Positions 52,492 to 61,606 of a stretch of 64,000 nucleotides of DNA are shown piece after piece. The number at the start of each line of letters is the position of its first letter. The stretch's first letter is position 1. Made by a program: the position numbers and the translations under genes. The notes under the pieces were generated by a model, which made no database searches, was not told the DNA's origin, and saw nothing but the letters and a program-made list of their open reading frames with translations. Origin of the DNA: Candidatus Marinacidobacterales bacterium (lineage in GTDB: Bacteria > Acidobacteriota > Vicinamibacteria > Marinacidobacterales > DATDRI01); assembly GCA_965219415.1 (NCBI GenBank), contig CBDCNP010000002.1:3136001-3200000 (forward strand), written 5' to 3'.

Positions 52492-53015
52492 GGCCCGTCC
52501 CAAGGAGTCGTTCTCGGGATCCACCTTGGCACATGCTTCAAGTAAGTTTTGTAATCCTCGCCGAACCGTCGAACGAGTCCCGGCTCTTCCGATAAAATGA
52601 AATAGATGTGGTTGACGGCCAAGAAGAAGAAAGCCCACGACGCGATGACGATGGACCCAAAGAAAATGCTCTCCCCGAGAAGAATCGTGACCACCGCGGT
52701 GATCATGGGATTTCTAACGTATCGGTAGGGTCCCTCGACTACGAGCTTCTGTGTTGGGTCCCAGGGGGCTAGGGTGCCTTTTCCTACTTTCGCGAAAAGG
52801 CCGATCGTCTTCGCGAGTAGTGCTAGCCCAGCGGCGACTAGGACGACGCCCACCCCGCGCGAAGTGATGTAGGGCGGAACCGAGAACGGCCAACGTGTAT
52901 CGAGCTCCTGAGCGTTGATCAGTATCAGGGCCGGAAGCACAACCGTGACCACGAACGGCAAGGCCAGGATGGAAAGGAGGACTCGCAGCGTGTCGCTCGG
53001 TGTATCGGGGCTCAA
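52488..53015 (-). CDS. Isoprenylcysteine carboxyl methyltransferase/PEMT family
   Basis: GKGTLAPWDP, LVVEGPYRYVRNPM, EEPGLVRRFGEDY..Y..VPRWIPR. Confidence 0.92.
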   Translation of the reverse strand: MSPDTPSDTLRVLLSILALPFVVTVVLPALILINAQELDTRWPFSVPPYITSRGVGVVLVAAGLALLAKTIGLFAKVGKGTLAPWDPTQKLVVEGPYRYVRNPMITAVVTILLGESIFFGSIVIASWAFFFLAVNHIYFILSEEPGLVRRFGEDYKTYLKHVPRWIPRTTPWDGP

Positions 53016-54835
53016 GTCGTGGGCTTTTGGTTATACCAGAACACTAAAATGAACTCGAAGATTTCATCCGGGTAGTCGTCGGGCAAAGCGGCGAGAGCCG
53101 CCTGGCGAAGCGCCCGCTCCGCGGCCGCGTCTAGTATGGAGTTGCTGGAGCCGTTCTTGACTCGAACATCGAGGATTTGCCCGCTACGGTCGATCGAAGC
53201 TTCGACGGAGACGTGGCCTACCGTTTTGGTGTCCGAACCAGGAACCTGCCACTGGCGTTGCACCTCGGTGACCATTTGGTGGACCCAGGGTTGGAAATCG
53301 GCCCCCTTGGCATCGTAGTAGATGCTGTTGGCTAGACGAACCGCTGGCCCGTAGCCGTTGAGCTCGGTTAGAAACCCCTTCGCCATATGGCGCTCCGCGG
53401 TCGTCGTGGCGACGGCTACCACGCGCTCTCCGACCTGCCGCGCTTCGTCCACGCGGTTCAGTCGCAACAGGAGCTCGCCCGTGTTGACCAAATAGATCAC
53501 GTTCTGCGGCTCGAGCTCCATCGATCGTTGAGCTGTGCCGATGGCCTCTTCCAAATTCTCCCTTCGACGCACGTACTCGTAGGCGAGCTGACCGTATCCC
53601 GGTCCAAACAAGGGATTGATCTCGATCGCCCGTTTCAAGGATCTTTCGGCTCTTGCCCATGCGTCGGTGTCTTCTACGTTCTCGGTTGCGAGAACGGCGT
53701 AGTAATAGAGAGAGATGTAGCTTTCGGTACCGAGGCCCACCGCGTCTTCGAACCAGCGTTTCGCCAGTTCCCGTTTGTTGCGCCGGAACTCCAAATAGCC
53801 CATGCTCTCATGCGCCAAGGCGTTTTTTGGATCCAGTCGCAGAGCCTCTTCCAGAAAGTCCTGCGCCTCATACGGACGGTTGCTGGCTACCAAGAAGCTT
53901 CCTCGCACCGCTGCAGACTCCGCCGGCGTAAGCTTTCTCGCGGGATAGGTCGCTTCGTCGATCTTGGCCGGGGCATCTATCCGAAGCCCCCTTCTCATCT
54001 TGCCGGAGCTTATGTAGTCCTCGAGTTTTTCTTGGAGCTCATCGAGATCGCCGAACGCTCGTCGAGCCGCCTCGACCGAATTTACGTCGTCTTGCACGAG
54101 GTGTAGGTACCGGGCCAAAGCGGGCCTGGTTCTCTCTTCGTCGTCGCCGCGCAAGAGATAGTGGATGAGTGCCCATGATTGAGCGTAGAAGATGGAGACC
54201 TTGTCGGGGTCGGTGTCGTGAGGATTCTCCTTCATTCCGATGAGCTCTTCGATCGGCAGCATTCTGCTGCGGTCGAAGATCTCACGACCTATGGGCAAGA
54301 ACATCTCGACGGTTTTGCCTCGAATCCGCGTGCGTTCCCAGAACTCCGCCAATCCCTCGTTCATCCAAGTCGGGACTTTCTTCTTGTTCAGGCTCGCGAG
54401 GAGATGAAAGTATTCGTGGTAGATGAGGCGGTAGCGTTCGTGAGCTCGTCCATCCAAGCGAAGCGCGACGAAGTGCTTGTCGAAGCCTCTTTGGAAGATT
54501 CCAGCCGGACGCCTGCCCTTTCGTTACCAGTATTGCGGAAGGAGCTCCCTTAGACCATCTTGGTTCTTGGTGGCAAGGACAACGATGGGGGAGCCATCGT
54601 CCTTGGCCGCGGGGAGCATCGTCAAGAAGACGGCTCGAATCCGCTCGAAGTCACCCGCCGTGCGGCGGGCCTCCTTCTCGCCGGCGTTGCTGACCTTGGC
54701 GAAGTGGGGGCTACGGACCTCGACCCAGGTTTTTTGCTTGTCGGCTGCCCCTTTCGCGGGGCCGGGGAACGAGAGTTCCAGCGTTACGGTCGCGAGAAGT
54801 GAGAAAAATAGTGCTCTCGCGGGGGTGGCTATCAT
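53012..54835 (-). CDS. Secreted DUF1570/zincin-like + TPR + TonB_C protein, frameshift or small deletion near 54520
   Basis: Signal peptide, WVEVRSPHF, HEYFH..WMNEGLAE, FYAQSWAL, TPR repeats, and a C-terminal TonB/TolA-like domain (SSNSILDAAAERAL). Confidence 0.8.
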
Positions 54836-54903
54836 GAGATTAATGCTCCTACCCGCTTTCCCCTGGGGGAGGGGAGTATAAGAGCCGTCTTTATACTCTC
54901 CGC

Positions 54904-55088
54904 CCACTCGGTTGTCAAGAAGCCGGGTCCCGTCGCGGCATGACGAGTACGAGGTGCCTCCAGATTTCTCGTCGGAGGCACTTCCCCTGAGGTTTAAAAG
55001 GTTCGACGAACTGGTGTGTGGCGGGTGCAGACAGCGCTGAGCGCACCGGAGAGGGCGTGGGGAGGAGCATCTCCCCGCGCCCGTTTTG
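54904..55088 (+). ncRNA. Candidate structured RNA (sRNA or attenuated leader), family unrecognised
   Basis: TATACT at 54892, followed by four to five stems whose G-U pairs work only on the plus strand, ending in a GC hairpin plus TTTT. Confidence 0.45.
55053..55088 (+). terminator. Intrinsic terminator upstream of VWA genes
   Basis: GGGCGTGGGGAG-gagcat-CTCCCCGCGCCC followed by GTTTT. Confidence 0.6.
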
Positions 55089-55121
55089 ACGAACTCCGCT
55101 CGCGCCGGGTAGTCTAGGATA

Positions 55122-56084
55122 GTGAAGAGGCTCCTTTTCGTGGCGATGGCCTTCCCGCTCCTTACGGGCATGCAGAACCAGCCCCCCGCGGCCCCCGCAG
55201 CCAATGAGCCCGTCATTTCTCCCCAAGAAGATGTCTTTGCCATCCGTACCGCCCTGGTGACGGTCACCAACGAGGGCGGATTTCCCTTGACCGGATTGGA
55301 GGCGAAGGACTTCGAGGTGCTGGAGACGGAAGTCTCCCGCGATATCGTCGAGGTCCTTGGAGACGAGGATGGGCGAGAGATCTTCCTTCTGGTCGACACC
55401 AGCGTGGGTTTCCGTGGGGAAATCCCTTCATTGCGCAAAGGGCTCCAGGCTTTCGCCGCATCGCTAAGGGAGCCTCACGAAATCATGTTGGTGGAATTCG
55501 GTGGGCGACCCAAGCACCTGGCCGGGCCCACCAGCGATCGCTACCACCTCGACCGAGCTGCGAAGAAGGTCATTGCTCGCCCCGAAGGCGCCCACCTGGC
55601 CGATGCGATCGCCGATGTGACGAGCGGGATCACCGCCGCCAAGCAATCCGAGACCGAGCCGCCGATGATTGTCATCGTGGCTTCTCTCTCATCGGATTTC
55701 TCGACGCGACGTTTCACCGAGGCCTACAATCTCGCCATTCAGTCCCGAGCCGAGTTCTATGTGGTGCGATACGAAGGCAATTTTCGAGGCTCCTTCAATT
55801 CCGCGCAAGTGGAGGAACTTCTGCGGGGTCTCTGCGAACGAAGTGGCGGTGGCTACACGAGGGTCTTGTCCGCCGGTGCATTGGAGAAGGCGCTAGGCAA
55901 TTTAGCGACGCGGCTGCTGCAGACTCGCTATCGAATATCTTTCTTGACTGAAGTCGAGCCACGAACCATGATGGAGAACCTAAACATCACCGTCTTCCGA
56001 GAACATGCCACGACCCTTCTCATCCGGGTGCTCCCGTACGAACGGCGCGTGACCGTCTCGCAACCCTCTCAAGAAGGCCAATGA
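55122..56084 (+). CDS. Secreted VWA-domain protein (acidobacterial type)
   Basis: VTVTNEGG..GLEAKDFEVLE, LLVDTSVG (degenerate MIDAS), SGG, YRISF. Confidence 0.85.
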   Translation: MKRLLFVAMAFPLLTGMQNQPPAAPAANEPVISPQEDVFAIRTALVTVTNEGGFPLTGLEAKDFEVLETEVSRDIVEVLGDEDGREIFLLVDTSVGFRGEIPSLRKGLQAFAASLREPHEIMLVEFGGRPKHLAGPTSDRYHLDRAAKKVIARPEGAHLADAIADVTSGITAAKQSETEPPMIVIVASLSSDFSTRRFTEAYNLAIQSRAEFYVVRYEGNFRGSFNSAQVEELLRGLCERSGGGYTRVLSAGALEKALGNLATRLLQTRYRISFLTEVEPRTMMENLNITVFREHATTLLIRVLPYERRVTVSQPSQEGQ

Positions 56085-56106
56085 TTTCACTCTCTAGGTA
56101 GGTATC

Positions 56107-57042
56107 ATGCGAAGACTGACATGTATTTTGACCTCGGTGACGCTACTGGGTCTCACGAGCCAAAGTGCTCGTTCCCAGGAGGACGCATTCGCCATTCGCA
56201 CCGCGCTGGTGTCGGTGACCGACTCGAGCGGCGCTCGCATCGAAGACCTCGCCGAGGATGACTTCAAGCTCGTTGAACGGGGCGTGGAGCGAGACATCAC
56301 GGAAGTGCAGGATGAGGAGAAGGGCGCCGAGCTCTATCTCTTGGTCGACACTAGCGTTTCCTTGCGGCGCCACGTCCAGCAACTCCGGAGCGGTGTTCAG
56401 GAGTTCATCGCCGCCATCGGCAGCCGTTTCGAGGTTACCCTCTATGAGTTCGGGATGAGGCCGCGGAAGCTGGCGGGGCCCACCAACGACCGGGCCGCTC
56501 TTTCGATCGCGGCGTCGAAAATATTCGCCCAGACCGCCGAGGGCGCTTATCTCTTGGACGCCATCACCGAGACCAGTAAGACGATTCGCGACACCGAGCG
56601 CGAAGAAGACACCCCTCCGGTCATCGTCGTGATCTTCACCGGCTCTGGCCCAGAGCTCTCACACATCAACGATCGAGCCGCCGAGAGCGCAGGCAAGAAG
56701 ACAGGCGCGGTCTACCACGTCGTCATCTACGACGGGATAGGTCAGGGCGGCAACCCCACGCAGCGGGCGAAGGTCGACCGCGTTCTGAACGAGTTGAGCA
56801 GCGAGACCGGCGGATCGTTGAAGCGGATCTTGTCGGCCACCGCCATCGGCAACGCCCTCACGCGCGTCGCAGAAGAAGAGTTGCAGCCGGTCTACCGCGT
56901 ATCGTTCCTAACTGAGCTCTCTCCGGAGACCCAACCGGAGGATCTCGAGATTTCCGTCGATAGGGTCGGTGCCGAGGCAGAGCTCATCAAACTCCTTCCG
57001 GGAGAAAAGCGGGTAGGAGCCGAACCTCCCACGAGTCCCTGA
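56107..57042 (+). CDS. Secreted VWA-domain protein, tandem paralog
   Basis: VSVTDSSG..DDFKLVE, LLVDTSVS (DxSxS), ETGG. Shares FAIRTALV, LAGPT and EGA.L.DAI with its neighbour. Confidence 0.85.
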   Translation: MRRLTCILTSVTLLGLTSQSARSQEDAFAIRTALVSVTDSSGARIEDLAEDDFKLVERGVERDITEVQDEEKGAELYLLVDTSVSLRRHVQQLRSGVQEFIAAIGSRFEVTLYEFGMRPRKLAGPTNDRAALSIAASKIFAQTAEGAYLLDAITETSKTIRDTEREEDTPPVIVVIFTGSGPELSHINDRAAESAGKKTGAVYHVVIYDGIGQGGNPTQRAKVDRVLNELSSETGGSLKRILSATAIGNALTRVAEEELQPVYRVSFLTELSPETQPEDLEISVDRVGAEAELIKLLPGEKRVGAEPPTSP

Positions 57043-57082
57043 GTCCCTCCTCCTCATCCCCGGCAGTCCGCGACAGGCTTCT

Positions 57083-58555
57083 TTACCGCAAACCCGCCGA
57101 CCGGTCCGCGGGAACGCCGTAATCCTTCAGAATGTTTCCGCTCTCTAGTTCGACCTGCTGTCTGTCGAGAACGATGAGCTCGTCCCGATCGTCTTTGAAG
57201 ACGACGAACTGTTTTTCCGCGCCGGCCTCTACCAGCCGGACAAGCTCGGCTAGATTGTTCACCTTCTGGTCGTCGACCTCGACGATCCGCCGGTCCCCAA
57301 CGGCGTGATAACCCATGTTCACGTCAGAGGGAAGAACATGGTCCAGGACCACGACCTGCTCCTTTTCTGAGCCCCGGTAGTGGTGACGAAAGGCGAGGAG
57401 GTGTTTGGGTGCATCTTGGTGCCACTGATCGCCCCAAGCCTTGAGGTGATTGAGCGTCAATCCACTGAACACCAGCCCACCGTAGACGTAGTAGGCGGGC
57501 CGGCCGTCGTGGCCAGCCGGAACGAGCCTCTGATGGTTCATGGGTTGGTCCAGCGTCACGAGAACTTGAAGCCTTTTCCTCTCCCGCAGGATTCCGACTC
57601 GGATCTCGTCACCCATTTGGCGGCGCCGCACGAAGCGGTTCAAGGGAGCGCGTTCCTCACCCTGCAGAGCGATGGTGCCGTCATTGTCCAAGGGCCAGTC
57701 GTTGATCGAAAGAACGACATCCCGCTCACGAAGGTGGCCGTCGGCAGGCATGCCGGGCACCACCGAAGCGACGATCACACCGGACTGGTGGGCTTCGAGG
57801 CCGCACATCTTTCGGAGTCCCTCGTTTTCAAGTGGTTGCCAGCGAATCCCGAGAGAGGGGATGCCCTCGAAGCGGCCGTCTTCAACATCGGTCAGGAAAT
57901 GCCTCACGATGGGCACAGGAACGATGTGGCCGAGGTCCCCGTTCATCTGCGATTGCATCGCAACTCCTATCACCTCACCGTCGACCATCGCCGGCCCGCC
58001 GCTGTTTCCCTTGCGTATCGCACCGTTCAACTTGACGGCCTGCAGAACGGCATCGCTATGGACGTAGGTTTGCCTCTCGATGGCGGTGACTGTTCCGCGA
58101 GTGGCGGCTAGCGCTTCCTCTCCTCCGGGAAACCCATAGATCACAACCTCTTCCCCTAGCCCCGGAAGCTCTCTGAACCGAAGTGGGGTAATGCCTTCGA
58201 AGAAGGAAGGGGACTTGACCGTCAAAAGGGCGAGATCGGCCTCGTGCGATACGAACAGGACACGCGCAATCTGCTTTTCGGCCCGCCCGTTGAGCCGCAC
58301 TTGAAGGAAAGTCTGGTCGGATACGACATGGGCGTTGGTCAGAATACGGTGGCCTTCGATGACGAAACCCGAGCCGGTCGACTGACCGGGAAAGTACGAA
58401 TCCCAGGGACTGAAATAGTCCGGCTCGCTCTTGACGACGTAGACCTTGACGATTGAGTCACGCACGTCGAAGCCGTTCGCTAGAGCCGGCTGCTGGGCAC
58501 CGAGCGCCCGTAGAAATATCGTCAGATAGATGAATGCACACGTCTTCATTTGCAA
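57083..58555 (-). CDS. HtrA/Deg2-type serine protease with two PDZ domains
   Basis: GSGF, TNAHVV, DLALL, GNSGGP, YYVYGGLVF. Confidence 0.93.
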   Translation of the reverse strand: MQMKTCAFIYLTIFLRALGAQQPALANGFDVRDSIVKVYVVKSEPDYFSPWDSYFPGQSTGSGFVIEGHRILTNAHVVSDQTFLQVRLNGRAEKQIARVLFVSHEADLALLTVKSPSFFEGITPLRFRELPGLGEEVVIYGFPGGEEALAATRGTVTAIERQTYVHSDAVLQAVKLNGAIRKGNSGGPAMVDGEVIGVAMQSQMNGDLGHIVPVPIVRHFLTDVEDGRFEGIPSLGIRWQPLENEGLRKMCGLEAHQSGVIVASVVPGMPADGHLRERDVVLSINDWPLDNDGTIALQGEERAPLNRFVRRRQMGDEIRVGILRERKRLQVLVTLDQPMNHQRLVPAGHDGRPAYYVYGGLVFSGLTLNHLKAWGDQWHQDAPKHLLAFRHHYRGSEKEQVVVLDHVLPSDVNMGYHAVGDRRIVEVDDQKVNNLAELVRLVEAGAEKQFVVFKDDRDELIVLDRQQVELESGNILKDYGVPADRSAGLR

Positions 58556-58582
58556 GACTCCTGCCTTGGACCCTAGGAGGGC

Positions 58583-58813
58583 CTAGGACGATTGGTGGCT
58601 CGGGGCGGGAAGGGCTGATGCCGTGCGGGCACCGACCGCCGCCACCACCAGGGCAACCAGGGCGAACAGCAGGAATCCAGGGAAGACGAGCGGCAACAGG
58701 GCCGGAGGCGCCGGATAGAACAAGAGCAGAAGAAAAGCGGCGGCCGTACCGGAAACCAGCCCGTTGGCCATCTGGATACACGTCAACCGGACGGTTCGAA
58801 GGATGGCGAGCAT
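58583..58813 (-). CDS. Small two-TM membrane protein
   Basis: GGGAG RBS, two hydrophobic stretches, co-oriented directly upstream of the protease. Confidence 0.5.
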   Translation of the reverse strand: MLAILRTVRLTCIQMANGLVSGTAAAFLLLLFYPAPPALLPLVFPGFLLFALVALVVAAVGARTASALPAPSHQSS

Positions 58814-58927
58814 TGAAACTCCCTTATTAAATGCCTGGGGGAGGCAAGGAAATTATGGGAAGAGGGTTAGCAGAATCGACTAGGGTTGGTCAAATGGGCG
58901 AACCCATAAAAATCAGGGGAAGTTGCA

Positions 58928-58975
58928 AGAAAAAAACCCCGCCTGCTCGGCAGTTCTTGCCGGGACAGGCGGGGC
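58928..58975 (-). terminator. Intrinsic terminator of csp
   Basis: CCCCGCCTG..CAGGCGGGG stem with an A-run on the plus strand (U-tract on minus). Confidence 0.85.
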
Positions 58976-58999
58976 TCGATACGTAAGAGGGTCAGTCAG

Positions 59000-59200
59000 T
59001 TAGACAGGTTTCACGTTCGAAGCTTGGGGGCCTTTCGGGCCCTGCGTCACCTCGAACTCGACCTTTTGACCTTCTTGGAGCGAACGGAAACCGTCGCCCG
59101 CGATCGCTGAAAAATGGACAAACACGTCGGGACCGTCTTCACGCTGGATGAAGCCGAAACCCTTGCTGTCGTTGAACCACTTTACGGAACCAGTTGCCAT
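59000..59200 (-). CDS. cspA: Cold-shock protein
   Basis: [34 protein letters not shown], with AGGAGG RBS. Confidence 0.98.
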   Translation of the reverse strand: MATGSVKWFNDSKGFGFIQREDGPDVFVHFSAIAGDGFRSLQEGQKVEFEVTQGPKGPQASNVKPV

Positions 59201-59271
59201 GCCGGGTCTACCTCCTTTCCTTCAAGATTCTCCCAACTCTGGTCGGGGTAAGGTGTAGACTCTGCAATGGC

Positions 59272-59368
59272 AAAACAAAAAAGCCACGGGTGTTTTGGTT
59301 CTTCCCGTGGCTCGACTTTCGTTTCCTAAGCAAGAGAACAACTACACTTTACGGGACGGAGTATAGCA
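59272..59368 (-). promoter_or_regulatory. csp promoter and leader with terminator-like hairpin
   Basis: Extended -10 TGCTATACT (59360-59368), then AGCCACGGG-N13-CCCGTGGCT followed by TTTTTGTTTTG on the minus strand. Confidence 0.65.
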
Positions 59369-59635
59369 CTGCCCAATCCAAAACGCTAGTGCGAGTCCAG
59401 CGCCCGGGGTCGGCCGGCGGCGGAGGGCGAGTTGGGGACGTTTCGCATCCTGAGCTTTCTACTGGTGGCATCATCGCCCTTGGCCTCGCCAAGGGTACTG
59501 ACCCACTACCGAGCTCCGCAACTTCTATTCCCGTCCGTCGGCGGATACATCGACGGAGCCGTCGAGGTAGCTGGAGGCTGGCCCGGCGTGCGGATGAAGG
59601 CCAGTGAGTAGGGCCGATATGCCGGCGCCAGGTGA

Positions 59636-60394
59636 TTGAGTGACGGGAGAATCGAAGAGATGACCGAAGTCAGCGAAAGGCTCGAAGCGCTTGTTGAGAG
59701 GGATCGCGACCACGATTGTGAAGGTCTAGGCCCGGCGAAGGTTTGCGTCAAGGTCGTGGGAGTCGCCGATCTGCCCACCCGGTTCGGGCATTTTCGGATC
59801 GTAGCGTTCTGGAACAACCGAGACGCGAAAGAGCACGTCGCCATCGTGCGAGGCAACATCCTCGGCTCTGAGGACGTCCCCACGCGGCTTCACTCGGAGT
59901 GCGTGACCGGCGACGTCGTCGGCTCACTCCGCTGCGACTGCCGCGATCAACTAGAAATTGCCCCACGGAAGATTGGCACCTACGAAAAGGGGCTGATTCT
60001 TTACTTGCGCCAGGAGGGTAGAGGCATCGGCCTCATCAACAAAGTGCGGGCCTACGCGCTTCAAGACGAGGGGCTCGACACCGTCGACGCCAATGAGGCG
60101 CTCGGATTCCGGGATGACGAACGCGACTATGCGATCGCGGCCCACATGATCCACAGTCTCAACGTGAAGTCCATACACCTCATGACCAACAACCCTCGCA
60201 AGATCGAACAACTCACTCAACATGGCATTAAGGTCAGCCAGCGTCTGCCTCACGTGATACCCCCCAATGAGCACAACCGTTTCTACCTGGAGACCAAGGC
60301 GAATCGCTCGGGTCACTGGATCGATTTTTCCGGCAAGCCTCACCTGATGGAACAGAGTGATCCGGTCGTCGTCGAGGGAATGGCCGAGGAGTGA
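59636..60394 (+). CDS. ribA: GTP cyclohydrolase II
   Basis: LPTRFGHF, RLHSECVTGD..SLRCDC, YLRQEGRGIGL, LMTNNPRK. Confidence 0.96.
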   Translation: MSDGRIEEMTEVSERLEALVERDRDHDCEGLGPAKVCVKVVGVADLPTRFGHFRIVAFWNNRDAKEHVAIVRGNILGSEDVPTRLHSECVTGDVVGSLRCDCRDQLEIAPRKIGTYEKGLILYLRQEGRGIGLINKVRAYALQDEGLDTVDANEALGFRDDERDYAIAAHMIHSLNVKSIHLMTNNPRKIEQLTQHGIKVSQRLPHVIPPNEHNRFYLETKANRSGHWIDFSGKPHLMEQSDPVVVEGMAEE

Positions 60395-60555
60395 TCGGAG
60401 TCACTTTCCAGATCTGATTCGGCCCTTCGGATCTGGCAATTGATTAAAAGTCCCAACCCGCTGAGAACGATGAAGTTTCGCGGGCGGGGTGGATGTGCTA
60501 TTTTCCTTCGGTCACGTCGTGAAGCACGCTACTCCAAGGCCCTGAGGCTCTCCCT

Positions 60556-61557
60556 TTGTCGTCTCTCAAGATTGGCAATCTAACCGCCCAGTCCGGAAAG
60601 ACACTACGAGGATGGCTCCAGGTTGGAACCAGACCCGCCGGGGCACCCCTAAAGATTCCGTTTTTTCTCATCCAGGGGACCGAGGACGGTCCCGTACTGC
60701 TCGTGGACGCGTGCAATCACGGGAGTGAGTACGAAGGACCGCCCGCCGTCATCAAGCTGGCGCGGTCGCTGGTTCCCGCGAAGCTCCGAGGCACCGTTAT
60801 CGCCGTCCCTGTCGTGAACCTGCCCTCGTTTGAAGAGGGCCGACGGGAATCGTCGATCGACGGGGTCAATATCAACCGCATTTGGCCGGGCGACGAATCC
60901 CGAACGATCTCCTACCAGATCGCCTTCCACTATTTTCGGGAGGTGGTAGAAAAGGCGAATTACGTGGTGACCCATCACAGTGGAGGAAGGGACCTGCAGC
61001 ACCCTCCCTTGGTGGCGTTCCAGGACGAAGGGGACGAGCTGGGAAAGAAGTCCCGGGAGCTCGCCCGCGCGTTCGGCACGAAGTACCTCACCCGCTGGAC
61101 CCCCTTCGATGGCGCCTTGGTCAAGGAGACATGGAAGCGAGGCATCGTCACTCTCAATCCGGAGGCAGGGGGAGTCGATCGGAGCAAGAAGACTTTCTGG
61201 AAGAACGTCGATGCCCTGGTGAATGGCACGGTGGGTGTCATGAAGCAGCTGAACATGCTCGAAGGTGCACCAGAACTCCCAGCCAAGCAGATCGTGACTC
61301 GCACCGTCGCCGAGCCACCATTATCTTATGTTCGGCTCAAGGCTGGCGGGCTCTTTATTCCCGAAGTCGAAATCGAAGATTCCGTCAAGAAGGGCACCGT
61401 TCTGGGACGTCTCACCGATCTTTTTGGTGACGATCTTCAAGTGATCGAGGCACCGATGGACGCGCTCGTCCTGGGCCTTCATTACGATTGCCTCAGCTTC
61501 CCTGGAGAGTTTGCCACCATCCTAGGGGAGTACGAGGAAACGATAGAGAACGCTTGA
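60556..61557 (+). CDS. Succinylglutamate desuccinylase/aspartoacylase family (DoeB-like)
   Basis: GPVLL..HGSEYEG, NINRIWPG, HSGG, EAGG, C-terminal biotinyl-like module. Confidence 0.9.
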   Translation: MSSLKIGNLTAQSGKTLRGWLQVGTRPAGAPLKIPFFLIQGTEDGPVLLVDACNHGSEYEGPPAVIKLARSLVPAKLRGTVIAVPVVNLPSFEEGRRESSIDGVNINRIWPGDESRTISYQIAFHYFREVVEKANYVVTHHSGGRDLQHPPLVAFQDEGDELGKKSRELARAFGTKYLTRWTPFDGALVKETWKRGIVTLNPEAGGVDRSKKTFWKNVDALVNGTVGVMKQLNMLEGAPELPAKQIVTRTVAEPPLSYVRLKAGGLFIPEVEIEDSVKKGTVLGRLTDLFGDDLQVIEAPMDALVLGLHYDCLSFPGEFATILGEYEETIENA

Positions 61558-61606
61558 TCTGTTTCCACAGGTGAGGCCGTCGCCCTGACCCTGCAATGAC
61601 GCCGCC

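Noticed and set aside
54872-54901. GGAGTATAAGA/TCTTTATACTC inverted repeat as a mobile-element end
   Set aside because: Better explained by overlapping divergent -10 boxes or an operator. No transposase or target duplication is seen.
54863-54963. yybP-ykoY Mn riboswitch or hammerhead ribozyme
   Set aside because: GGGGAGTA is present but the closing GAGACC is not, and no Mn-related gene is adjacent. The hammerhead core lacks CUGA, GAAA and stem III.
59390-59635. FMN riboswitch upstream of ribA
   Set aside because: Lacks the AGGGTGAAATTCCC..GGTGG..AGTCC..GGATG core. It contains only a weak ~59-codon ORF without support.
60408-60437. Hairpin CCAGATCTGA/TCGGATCTGG after ribA as a REP or ncRNA
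   Set aside because: Single copy in the window. Most simply a 3'-end stem or weak terminator.
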